NCBI RefSeq assembly: GCF_001194135.2
Contig: NC_068983.1
Span: 37,447,098-37,511,097 of the forward strand
Length of the DNA: 64,000 nucleotides
From: Octopus bimaculoides
Taxonomy: Eukaryota
Reading direction: 5' to 3'
Each line of letters begins with the position of its first letter. The first letter of the stretch is position 1. Below the pieces are notes generated by a model. That model worked only from the letters and a program-made list of their open reading frames with translations, had not been told where the DNA came from and ran no database searches. This document shows, in pieces, positions 52,007-64,000 of this stretch. The translations under genes were made by a program, and so were the position numbers.

Positions 52007-52044
52007 CTTTACTGCTAAGATCTGACTTATTTCCCACTGCATGG

Positions 52045-52701
52045 CATCATCATCATCATCATCGTTTAACGTCTGTTTTCCATGCTGGCATGGATTGGAC
52101 GGTTCAACTAGAGTCTGGTAAGCCAGGAGGCTGCACCAGGCCCCAATCTGATCTGGCAGTGTTCCTAATGCCAACCACTCTGAGAGTGTAGTGGGTGCTT
52201 TTTACATGCCACTGGCACAGGGGCCAGAGGAGCTGGCATCGACCATGATCGGATGGTGCTTTTTACGTGCCACTGTCGCAGAAGCCAGTCAAAGCGGCAC
52301 TGGCATCAGCCACATTCAGATGGTGCTTTTTACATGCTACTGGCATGGGGGTCACAACTACAATTTCCATTTGATTTGATTTTGGTATTGATGTTGATGT
52401 ACTTGACTCAATAGGTCTCCTCAAGCATGGCATGTCACCCTACAATCCAAAGTAATTTTTTGAGTGGGCTGGTTATGCAACACTGGTGCAGGTTAAAGCT
52501 GTGGACTCACTTCATTTGCCGGGTCTTCTCAGTCACAGCATACCTCCAGAGGTGTCGGTCTTTTGTCATTGCTTCTGTAAGGCCCAACATTTGAAGGTCA
52601 TGCTTCACCACCTCATCCCATGTCTCCCTGGGTCTCCCTCTACCCCAGATTCCTTCCACTGTTTGAGAGTGGCACTTCTTCACACAGCTCTCCTCGTCCA
52701 T
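52045..52701 (-). mobile_element. 5'-truncated RTE LINE (ORF C-terminus, 3' UTR and (GAT)n tail)
   Basis: ORF 52507-52701 (GRGRPRETWDEVVKHDL..LGLTEAMTKDRHLWRYAVTEKTRQ) followed by a 3' UTR ending CCATGCCAGCATGGAAAACAGACGTTAAACGATGATG; this links the abundant short tails in the window to RTE. Confidence 0.88.
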
Positions 52702-53838
52702 ATTTAATTAATTAAAATTTATAGCTTACTGCATCAAATATGTTAATGCCAACTTGCGTAATAATCAGTTTTTTGATGGATGGCCATTAAAAGACTATCT
52801 TTGCTACTAAATTGATGATGTAAGTATTCATCTAAAAAAAAGATGAATTTCATAAATTGTTACAGAAAAAGACCCAAGACATTAACGACAGTCATTAGAA
52901 GATGCTTTAGAATGTCTAATTAAGTTAAGCGACAGGTCAAATCATAGTCATTATCTTGTCTAAGATCTGTCTTTTCTTTGCAATACATTTCATAAAAGAT
53001 ATATCCTGTAATTATTTGTAATCACATTTATTTTTGTTTTTAAAGAAAAACAAAAAAAATCGTTGGTTCTTAAATGTTAGGTTACGCCTTTTACTTTATG
53101 CTTTCTCTTTTAAAATTACGTCTTTCTAGATCCTTTACCTCCACTTGCCAGACACTAACTTGCAAGTCATCAGCCACAAAATGTAGAGATTATGAAATCA
53201 ACTCTTCCTTTACTAATAAATATAAGAAAAGAATACTCTCTCTTCTTTCGGCTGCCCCCCACCCTTTTTGTTTCTTTTTTCATATGAAGATACTTAGCTT
53301 AGTGGTTAGGGTATTGTTCTCATGGTCATAAGACCATTGTTTCAATTTTCAGTCTTTGAGCAAAACTTTTCGTTTTGCATTGCTCTAGTTTACTCAGCTG
53401 TAAGTCAGTTCCAGCGATGGTTGGGGAGTTAACCCTGTGATGGACTGGTGTCCCATTCAGGGGGTAGTATTTTAACCTTAGTTGCTTACATGCCATGGAA
53501 ACAATTTGCGCTATGGATTTATGAGTCCCCGGTCTAAGTCTCTTTCATAAACTATGTATTTTATGTGTGTGTGTGTTTTATCTGTAGCAGATTAAAAAAT
53601 GCAGAGATATCTGCAGTAAAGTTACCTATGTCAGTTTTTCTCTATTTTTCACAATGTCACTCAAAATATAGACTCCTTCCAGTCCAAGTGACATTATAGA
53701 TTCAAGTAATTTAACATGTCCCTACAAACATGAGTGCAGGAATGAAATTTGATTTGGGGCTGCAAACCCAGGTCCAAAGTTGTTTTTTTTTGCAAACAAG
53801 GTCAATTTTTTCAATCTTAATATCAAAATAAACACAGG

Positions 53839-53888
<50 letters not shown>

Positions 53889-56800
53889 TTTCAAATTTTG
53901 CTACAAGGGCACCAGTTTTTGGGAAGAGGATGAGTCGATTACATCAACCCCTGTGTTCAACTGGTACTTATTTTATCGACCCCGAAAAGATGAAAAGCAA
54001 AGTTGACCTTGGTGGAATTTGAACTCAGAACGTAAAGACTGATGAAATGCTGCTAAGCAGTTTGCCAGCTCACCACCTTAATAAAAATAACTATAATAAT
54101 AATAATTATCATCATCATCATCATATTTGTACATCATTCAAATCAGATAAACCCAATAATAGAAAAATAATGTTTCAAATCAATCCAAAAGTATTTGTTC
54201 GCTTGTTTGTTTTTGTGATGAAATTTTTTTAGGAGGATGTTCAAAGCATTTTCGTTGTCCCATCAAAATTTTAGGGTCTGTACTTGCACCCACTGCATTC
54301 CCTCTTCCTCAGCCTGTGCCTACAAAGGTTGGTGAAGTACACATTTTGAATTAGACAGCATTTATAAAAATAAGGTTTTACATATAAACATGTTCTATAT
54401 ATGTTCATGTTTATAAAGTCAATACTGCAATTCACATGCTGTAGGAAACACGAATATACATCATTGGCATTTAACGTTTCCATACTTGCATCGGTCAGAT
54501 GGAATGTGTTTACTGAGTTTATTGAGGCAAATTTTCTGCAGCCAGATTTCTTCCTATTTTCAACCCTCATCTGTTTCCAAACAAGGTAATATCTTCCCAT
54601 AGCTTGACATGTTTCTCATGGAAGACTAGAAGCAAATAACCTCACTTGTATGATGGTGATGCTCATTTACAACCGTCATGTGATGGCTAGACAAAGGTAA
54701 GCATAAACACACACACATACATGTGTGTGTGTGTGTGTTTCTGTCTACTAAATCTATTCACAAGGCCTTGATTGAACCAGGGCCTATAGTAGAAGACCCT
54801 TTCCCAAGGTGCTGTACAATGGGTTTGAACCTAAGATCACATGGTTGGGAAACAAGCTTCTCCATCACATAGTCACAGTTGCACTTATGGTAGTTATGCC
54901 TGCACTTTTAGCCATACCTGCATCTACTTATAGTTGTGGATTCAAGTTTTTTTTGTGTCAAACAGACAGTGCAAAAGGAAACTGCTGCTGTGTTTAAGAT
55001 ATGTGAAATTAAAGTACATAACCTAACAAGAAAAGATACAACAATTTGGTGTTTCGTTCAGCTAAAATGTATCTTATCTTGAGACTAGCTGTCTCATAAC
55101 TACCAAATGCTGAGTGAAAGAGCTAAGAGAGATTCTCTTTATTTTGGCTTTATATAGTTAAAATGGCTGCCAGACTCTTGGACTTTGATTGGCTGAAAAA
55201 TAGCGAGCTGCTAAAACGTGATATCGCTACATATCCAGTTGTTGTTGTTGTTATTGAGTAGATCTAGTCAGCCCTCAGTGTGCAGTTGTACACCATAAAA
55301 GTCGCTGATCAAAATGCTCAAGAAGAAACAGCATGCAAGTCACATCATATTCCTGTTTTGATTAGGGTTATAAAGTATACAATGTATTTTTCTAGGTCAT
55401 TCTCCTGTACTTGATTGAGCTGTCATCATCACAGCCTTTATTTAGGGCATGTCATTATGATATTTCAGGCTCAGTCAAACACGGTGCTAATTATTATTCA
55501 GATAGGGAGTTTCATTGTCATTGGCAACAGTAGCAGCAGTATTTCAACATCCTCTTTTCCATGTCAGCATAGATCGAATGAGAAAGCAATGGAGCAGAAT
55601 TTTCTACAGCTGTCTGCCTTTCCTGATATCAAACTGAGTTAATAATCCCTCAGTCTATTGAACATCAAAAATCCCAAGCATGCTTTCACATTGTAACAAA
55701 AGCAAAGGAAACTAGTGAACACTTGTAGAGTAGAGAGGAAATATAAGTTCACTCATACTAACATACACGTGCATGCACACACACATTAATGTTTGTTTTT
55801 ATGCTAAATTATAGTAAAAACCATTTTTCATTACACTGAAAAATTACTCAAAACTTTTTGTAGAATACAAAGTCTCAAATCCAATCAAGGCTAAACAAGC
55901 TGAAACTTCGAAGTCACTTTCAATACCAGTCTTGTTAAAGAATAGATTATATATATATATGTATATAGGCGCAGGTATGGCTATGTGGTAAGAAGTTTGC
56001 TTCCCAACCATATGGTTCCTGATTCAGTCCCATTTCATGGCACCTCGGGCAAGTGTCTTCTAATATAACCTCAGGTAGGATTTGCACTCTGACTTCATAA
56101 AACCCTCACCAGAAATGACTACCCAAACAGATCCATGGGTTGGAGAGTTGCCTGAGTAGTGCAAAGGTGTCATCTGCCAGGATTAGGAAACCATAAAAAA
56201 AGGGTGGATGCAGCTATGTGCTGTTCGAGCACAGGTCCAGATACAGCACAGTACAGTTTGAGTTGACTAATTCAGTAAACAATAATCAAACTTCTTTATC
56301 TCATTCATCAACATCATTATCATCATCATCATCTAATGTCCATTTTCTATGCTGGTATGGGTTGGACAGTTTGACAGTGTCGGTGAGACAGAGAGCAATG
56401 CACCAAACTCCAAAGTCTGTTTCGGCATAGTTTCTATGGCTGGATGTCCTTCCTAACACCAACCAATTTACATAATAATACTGGGTGCTTTTTATGTGGC
56501 AATGGCGCTAGTGAGGCCACCAAGTAATTTACAAGACAATATTCTTCAACTGAGGTGAGAGTAGTATTCATGGAAGTGGCTCTATGCCATGTGATGAGGG
56601 GCTAAAATATGATAGGACAGGAATTGGTGTTTTGCTGTAGGGAGGGATGTGTGGCTATCCCAAATGGGAAAGAAAGGTGGTGGTAATATGTCAGGGCAGA
56701 CCTTCAAGTTATGGAAGGTGAATTAAAATATGTTTTACTTGGACATGTCTGACTAAGATAAATCAACATTTTCAATGATCTGTATTACATTGGTATTCAC

Positions 56801-57001
56801 TATTACAAAATCTAAGATTTGACTGTATCCTTCATAGTTGTCGCTGCTTTATGAATCTTTTGGAAGAGATATCTGTTCAAATTACATATTTGAAAGCTCA
56901 CACAAAAAAGTGATACACACACACGTGTGTGCTGTATATATATATATATATATATATAGGTATCATCATCATCATCATCAATGTATGGTTATGTGTATGT
57001 A

Positions 57002-57035
<34 letters not shown>

Positions 57036-57656
57036 NNNNNNNNNNGTGTGTGTGTGTGTATGTTATATATGTATGTGTGCATGTATGTATGTGTGTGTGT
57101 GTGTATGTTATATATGTATGTGTGCATGTATGTATGTTTGTATGAATTTATGTATATTATACATCTTGAAGAACTACAATACAAAACTGCCATGTTTTCA
57201 GCTTCAGGCAACCTCACAAAGATTCACACAATATATAAAGACATTTCAGACTCTTGTTGGCCTAATTTCAAAAGTGTTTCCTTCCTTTTACATTGAACAA
57301 CAACTTCAATCACAATCTCCTCTCTGCCTTGGCGTTAGGAAAAGTAGTTCTTAACAAAAGACTAACACTCAAACCATAACCCCATATCAGGCAAAATAGA
57401 CAAAGTTTATTAAAAAAAGTTTTAAGTATTACCAAATTATTTATATTTTTCATAGTTTTTTTTTTTTTTTTTAGTTTTATTACTTTTCTTCATTTCCTGT
57501 CCTTTCAGAAATGCAATTAAAGAAACAATATGACAAAATCTTTAATTAATATAGCCACAAGCCAGGTTGTGTTGTTAAGAAGTATGCATTTCAACTATGT
57601 AGTTTCCAACCAATGCCTTGTGAGTGAATTTGGTCGAAAGAAACTGTGTGGAAGCC

Positions 57657-57687
<31 letters not shown>

Positions 57688-58961
57688 CATGCCTGTGTGT
57701 TTGTGTTTGTCCTCTATTAATGCTTGGCAACTAATGTTGGTTTGTTAATGTCCTCATAACTTAGCGGTTTAGCAAAAAAGAGCCCATGCAATAAGTACCA
57801 GACTTAGAAGAAAAAAATTGAGTTGATTTGTTTGATTAGACCATTCAAGGCAGTGCCCCAGTATGGTCACAATCCATTCAATGAAACAAGTAAATGATAA
57901 AAAGTAATGTTAATTTCTTAAGAAGGAGTGAATCAAGAAGTTATTACCTTCTTGTTTTTCTTAAGACATTTTGTACAGTTGGAAAAAAAGTATTCTAACT
58001 TGACACTGAAACCATGTCTTGGATTCCATTGATCATCAAGCTAATATCATTCCACAAAGGGTGGCGATCTGGCAGAATAGTTAGCACGCCTGGCGAAATG
58101 TTGCTTAATCAAAATAGATCACTATTTTTCTCTAAATTCCTTCAAAGAAATACTCTGCTTGAAATATCAGGAACTTATGTCTCCTCATTCCATGTAGACT
58201 TAACTTATTTTACAAATATTTTAAAATCAGTTTTGTTATTACAAACAAAGTTACATGTCTTTATTCCCCGAATGTCTTTGGATATCATTTTTAATAACAA
58301 TAAGTTTATTGTACACAGTACTCATATGCACTACAACATGTCAGAAAAGGGTAAAAGAAGGGACAGAAAGCAAAAATAAGTCAATGTAGGTTGTTTATTC
58401 TATGCTTTGTTCTGGTGTACAAAAATGTTTCCAAACACCATGGGTGCTGCACTGTTTATTTTTTATTTTATTTTATGTTATAAGTGTGCCTATGTGTGGT
58501 AGAGATACTGCATTAAAAAAGGATGGCCAACATTGTAAATGGTGACTTGTTAACTTAGGCAAAGATCACAACTATATGGGTGTTTCAATTAATCTCAGAA
58601 TATTACTAGTGCTGGTTTTATCAACTTCAGCAAAATAAGTCTCTGTAGGATTCAATCTCACAATACAAGGAGACATAACTAAATATTACAAGACATTTAC
58701 TCTGGCAGTCTAGCATTTTTGCTACCCCTCTGTTCTCATATTTCTACATATTAATCAAATTTACTTTCCATATTTATTCATGTATAAGTTGCACTCCGAA
58801 TTCAGTGTTAAATATTGGTACAAAATTTTTTCCCTTCATAGTTTTTGCTTTAACCCATGTATATTGCACCCCATTTTTTTTCAGTTAAAATCAAGTTCAA
58901 ATTAGTGCACCTTATACATGAGTAAATATGGTACCTCATTATTTTGTGCTTCTGTCTACAC

Positions 58962-59154
58962 CAATGGCTCTCAACCATCTTTTGCTTAATGATCTATTTT
59001 ACTTAGATGGTCCTACATTGTTACTCAATATATATAATTTAGAATAGTATAAAAAAAAATTATTAATATTTTGTGTATTGTAAAAGTATAACCAATTTAT
59101 TGGTTATAAATTTTAACAATATAATCTTCTATGAATCCTGGTTGAGAACCACTG
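58962..59154. mobile_element. hAT (Charlie-like) MITE
   Basis: Termini CAATGGCTCTCAACC / GGTTGAGAACCACTG; degenerate 8-bp TSD GTCTACAC / GTGTATAT; related copy at about 33220-33474. Confidence 0.7.
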
Positions 59155-59215
59155 GTGTATATAATATTTCAATTGGCTTGTTACTAATCACCTTCAAATA
59201 TGATATTTCTATATA

Positions 59216-59439
59216 CTAAATCTTTAACATTTAAACATCTAAACTGGCTATATTGTTCTACCTGCTTTATGTTCAAACTGGTCAAATCCAACATCTCACA
59301 ATTACCTTACAATATCATTCTAAGACTAAACAATCACATCATCAAAATTTCAAAGCTACAAGATAATGCATGATTCATTGAAAACAATGTGAATAAATAA
59401 GCATTACATTTGATAGTAATCCAATTGCTAAAGGGTTAA
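59216..59439. mobile_element. Second TTAA-flanked MITE family
   Basis: Ends AAAGGG|TTAA; homologous copies at about 21745-21961 and 29688-29890. Confidence 0.7.
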
Positions 59440-60193
59440 GCAAGGCTTGAACACATGAACTAAATTTCAAAGCTATTATTTATTCACTGTTCTGCAGTCC
59501 CTTAGGACAATGCATACTACTCAAATAGAAAATTTGTTTACTAATAATTCTTAGGTATATTTTGACTTCAGTGTTGCCAAAACCATATTATATTCTTGGT
59601 TCTAAAATTTACAACATAAAAACAAAAAATAGCATATGATTCTCCATTTAAAAAGCAGCAGGGAACTTGCTGAAAGAGATTTAGTTACTAAGTTGAGGAA
59701 CTTTCCAGAAGCTTTTATTTTGTTGGCTTATGTGTAAGATATGATGATGATTTTGATGATAATGATGATGCTGATGGCAACAGTGGTGGTAGTTAAGAAA
59801 AATATAGTACAACAATATAACAGTATCTTAAGATTCATGTTTTTATTAGGTGGGAGTTAAGCTGCAGTGTTTTTTTTCTTTGTTCTTTTTTTTTTTTTTT
59901 GGCAAGGTGGGTGGAGGGTTAAATATCCAGTGGCAGATATATCTAAGCAATATTGATTTCTAATATAGGCACATAGCCTGAAAATGTCTGTATTTGATTA
60001 TATTCACCACTGTACTTATCTAGTATCTACTTTACCAATCTACAAAGATCAAAGACAAAGCTGACTCTGAGAGAATTTGGGTTCAAAATGGAACTAAATG
60101 ATGCAAGGCCTTTGGGCCTAGGCTCAAGTACACTGTCCAAATATATTTGTAGTAGATTAGAAGTTATTATATTTGCACTGTCAGTTCAATGAC

Positions 60194-60300
60194 TTGCAGT
60201 TACAGTTAGACAACATTCTACTAATGAGGTCAACTAGAGGTGAAACCTGCCCTGATTTGTCCCCTGACTGCTCAAAAGTTAAACTCATTCCCCATTGCAT
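60194..60300 (+). repeat. Second, decayed copy of the hammerhead-bearing repeat
   Basis: Colinear with 51940-52042 (TTGCAGTTACAGTT.GAC...CTAATGAGGTC...GAAACCTGCC...TTGTCCC); core substitutions are present. Confidence 0.7.
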
Positions 60301-60709
60301 TTTTTTGTTAGATTAATTTTAATTAAGATTTCAGGGTTGTCTCCCTTACCTTTTTTTACCAGAACTATTCATTTAGGTGATGAACACATCTCTAAAATTG
60401 TAGATTTAATCAAAAATGTCATTGTTTGCTAAGTACATTGGTTCTCATTTATATCTACTCAGCCATTTTTGTTATTGGTTTTGGATTTTCTAGGTCTGTT
60501 TTTGTCCACTCCGCCACAACATATCACCCCTTGTTGTGTCTTTTGTCATCTCCTTCACAAAGTTCAGTGTTCTGAGTTCAGCTTTCACCATCTTTTTCTC
60601 AACCTTCTTCTTCTGCAAGCTCATTTCATTTGGATTGCATTTAATGTTAAAAGTTAATATACCATCTGGTATCCACAATTGAAGCTGTATTAAATTAAAA
60701 TAGCCATCT

Positions 60710-61072
60710 ATGTATACACTATTGATAGGCCAGTTGCTGCAATATCTGTCCTGAAATAATATCTCTCATGGACATGCAGGGTTAAAAAAATACAAATATC
60801 GGAAAGTGATGAAAATTTACCCCAGTAATGATAAGTGAGAATGCCAGAGGCATTTATACCTTTTGGGGTTTTTAAAGTGGCATACACTCACTGCTATCCA
60901 CGTGCTCAGATGAAAATTCATCATTTCTGATATAGGAAAAAGGTGTTATAACATTCCCTGATGTTGCAAGTAGCTGCCCAGCTAAATAAAAACTCAGTAT
61001 ATGCAATACCTTAAGAGATATTATCTCAGGACAAATACTGCAGCAACAGGTCTATTGAAAGTATGTATACAT
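60710..61072. mobile_element. Old MITE with ~55-bp imperfect TIRs
   Basis: 60710-60767 is approximately the reverse complement of 61015-61072 (GAGATATTAT.TCAGGACA.ATA.TGCAGCAAC). Confidence 0.65.
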
Positions 61073-63065
61073 TAAGTATTATAAACAGATGTGGGTGTGG
61101 ATCTGTGGTAAGAAGTTTGCTTCCCAACCACATGGTTCTGGGTTCAGTCCTACTGCTTGGCACCTTGGACAAGTGTCTTCTAGTGTAGCCTTGAACTGAT
61201 CAAAGTGGATGAAAGTTGAAAGAATTTCATATATATATATACATATATAAAAATACCATTATTATTATTTACAGGATTGTAAAAATGGCGCCGTATAAAA
61301 AACCATTCACACCAAAAGCAGATATACATATGTCTACATGTGTGTGTCTTTGCATGTGTTTGCCCCTCACTTTCACTTGACAATCAGTTTTGGTGTGTTT
61401 ATGTCTCTGTAACTTAGAAATTTGATAATAAAAGAGACCAATAGTATAAGTACCAGAAAGTAAAAAAAAGAATTACTGGAACTGATCCATTCAACTAAAA
61501 TTCCTCCAAGCAGTACCCCAGGATGGCTGCAGTCTAATGACCGAAATCAGCAAGCAGTGAATTGGAAGAGTTATCAGAGTATCGCATATAATGCCTTGTG
61601 CTGTTTAATTCTGACTCTGCTTTCTGAGATCAAATCTCACAGAAATCAACTTTGCCTTTCATTCTTCTGGGGTTGACAAACAGAAAAAAACTACTAATTC
61701 GAGGTAGTGAATGGTGGAATTGTTAGAGAGTCGGTCAAGATGTCTTGTAGTACATGTTTTGGGTGTTTGCATTCTGACAGCAGCACTTGCAAAAATGCAG
61801 GTGCCAAGCTGTTCTGACTCCCAAATTGGTTGCCTTTCCCTTGAATAAGCATTAGTGGCATGGAGAGGAATGACTTGCATATATGGGCAACTGCCAGTCT
61901 CCCTGAAAGAACATTTCATCTTGACCTGCATGTACATTTGTAAACAAATGGTCATCCTAGATCAACAGAACCATCACTACCACAACCACCAGCAACAACA
62001 CCACCACCACCAACAACAACACTATCACCACTACCGCCACCACCACCACCACCATCATAGCAAAGATTCTTGTTAGATTACTTTACATCTTGTGTTTGCT
62101 TTCTTATTTAAAGTTTACTCTTTACATCTCTTCAAAAAATATACATTTTTTTTTTTCGTAAACAGTAACTTTCATCTAAATTTCATCTAAACCTATAATT
62201 AAGAAACCAGTCAAAGAGAGAAACCACTCTTGAAAAATGCAATAAATAACCACATAATCAATATGTTATATGCAATAGCAAAACAAGCATCAAAGACATG
62301 ATAAATATATTGTTAACAAGAAAAGTTGTTTTTAGTATACTTTCATTGGCTTTAGTCAATAGGTGTTGGCATAGCTGAGTATTTGAGCAGTTTGCTTCTC
62401 ATCTATATAGTTCTAGGTTCAATCTCACTTTATGGCATCTTGGGCCAGTGTCTTCTATAGTTAATGAGCTGACCAAAGCTGTGTGTGTGAGTTTGGTAGA
62501 TGGAAGCTTAAAGAAGCCCATTGTGTTTGTGTGTATCTTCATTAATTGATGTTTGTTTTCCATGCCGCTACAGGTTGGTTGATTTGACAGTTTGACAGGA
62601 GCTGCACCAGGTTCCATTGTTTGTTTTGGCATGGTTTCTGCTGCTGGATGCCCTTTATAATACCAACCGCTTTACTAAGTATGTTGGATGCTTTTTACAT
62701 GGAATCAGCACCAGTGCTCTTTAAGTCGCATCATTGCACTCAGGAGTGCGAGATTATGTTTTCACTTCCTGGACCGGGTGGTGTGTTCTGTTCTTCAGCA
62801 AAACACTTCATCCCATGCTGCTCTGTGACCACTTTGACACCTGACATGTGGTAAACTGTTCACCTGTTCAGACAACACCAATTTGAGGGAGGGAGGGAGC
62901 TAATTTGGAGCACATCCATTTAATCATTAAACAAATCATTTGTGCAGGTTGTTCAGCAGAAACTGAATGCTCATATGTTGTCTTCAATGAGAGATTCCAT
63001 ATACATATATGAAAATGCATACATACATACACACACATATATATATATACATACATACATATATA

Positions 63066-63110
<45 letters not shown>

Positions 63111-63434
63111 GTGTGTGTATGTGTGTAATTAAATATCTTGGAGTCAACAAGAAGGGGTACAGTTGGACATTTATATTTTTAATCACTACAGTTGTTTCTG
63201 CACAACGTAGTTCTCCAGGTGTGCAGGTACTTGATAATTTGATTATACATAACACACAAACACGCACACACATATATGTATATATAGTTAAGGTATATTC
63301 TGTTAAGAATGCAGTAGAGTACACTATAAAGCTCGTCCACCTTCAGATTTCACCCTGTGCTGTCCAGTAGCAGTATTATACTTACTTCCAGGTTTGCGTT
63401 TGGGCATCTGTCATGTGTGAATGGATTAGTGAAA

Positions 63435-63595
63435 AAAATGAAGTCAACAAGAAGGAGGACGGTTGGACATTTATTTTTTTAATCACTACAATTGTTTCCA
63501 CGCAATGTTGCATGGAGAACTCCGTTATGTGGAAACAATTGTAGGGATTAAAAAATAAATGTCCAGCCATACTCCTTCTTGTTGACTCCAAATAT
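63435..63595. mobile_element. Palindromic MITE with ~60-bp arms (partial sister copy at 63131-63219)
   Basis: AGTCAACAAGAAGGAG...ATTGTTTCCAC (63442-63501) versus GTGGAAACAAT...CTTCTTGTTGACT (63529-63587). Confidence 0.75.
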
Positions 63596-63751
63596 TTCAT
63601 GTAGCTATGTGGTAAGTAGCTTGTTTATTGACCACATGGCTCTGGGTTCAGTCCCAGTACGTGGCACATTGGGCAAGTGTTTTCTACTATAGTCTCAGAC
63701 TGACTAAAGCTTTGTGAGTGGATTTACTAGACAGAAACTGAAAGAAGCCCG

Positions 63752-63803
<52 letters not shown>

Positions 63804-63862
63804 ATATATATGTATACATATATGTATACATATATATATGTGTATATATATATATATATACA

Positions 63863-64000
63863 TTAGGCCTCACCGAGGCAATGACTTCTGACCAAGACCT
63901 TTGGAAATATGCTGTGCGTGAGAAGACCTGGCAAGCCATGTGAGACCAAAATCCAAGGCCTCTGCCTGGGATGTAGCTAGCCCACTTACGCGTAATATTC
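63863..64000 (+). mobile_element. RTE LINE ORF C-terminal fragment at window edge
   Basis: LGLTEAMTSDQDLWKYAVREKTWQAM* (stop 63941-63943), homologous to the 52507-52600 region. Confidence 0.8.

Noticed and set aside
55155-55200. YY1-like (AAAATGGCTGCC) plus CCAAT motif as a promoter
   Set aside because: Short motifs with no downstream exon or CpG island; probably part of a repeat.

Overview
AT-rich, repeat-saturated animal genomic DNA from a short-read-type assembly (N gaps at 1678-2378, 9715-9814, 42921-43043, 46608-46931, 57036-57045). From my recollection of its SINE/RTE/MITE families it is most likely a coleoid cephalopod (Octopus); this is an inference and no search was run. No host protein-coding exon could be supported, so the window looks intergenic or deep-intronic. 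The dominant feature is a near-complete but defective Ty3/Gypsy LTR retrotransposon on the minus strand (41843-48230). It has 963/939 bp LTRs (about 97% identical), an ATAT target-site duplication (TSD), an 18-nt tRNA-Leu primer-binding site (PBS), a polypurine tract (PPT), gag with zinc knuckles, a damaged protease and an open RT-RNaseH-integrase frame. Around it lie decayed RTE-clade LINEs and their (GAT)n-tailed 3' ends, several tRNA-derived SINE families, TTAA-, TA- and hAT-type MITEs, Helentron-like fragments and many microsatellites. The most notable unexplained signals are: (i) minimal type-I hammerhead ribozyme motifs in at least three unrelated dispersed repeats, one with an intact catalytic core at 51966-51995; (ii) a 408-bp two-template patchwork insertion inside a SINE at 15915-16322; (iii) several long near-perfect hairpins. 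Most short ORFs in the supplied track are microsatellite, gap or repeat artefacts. All alignments and counts were done by eye.
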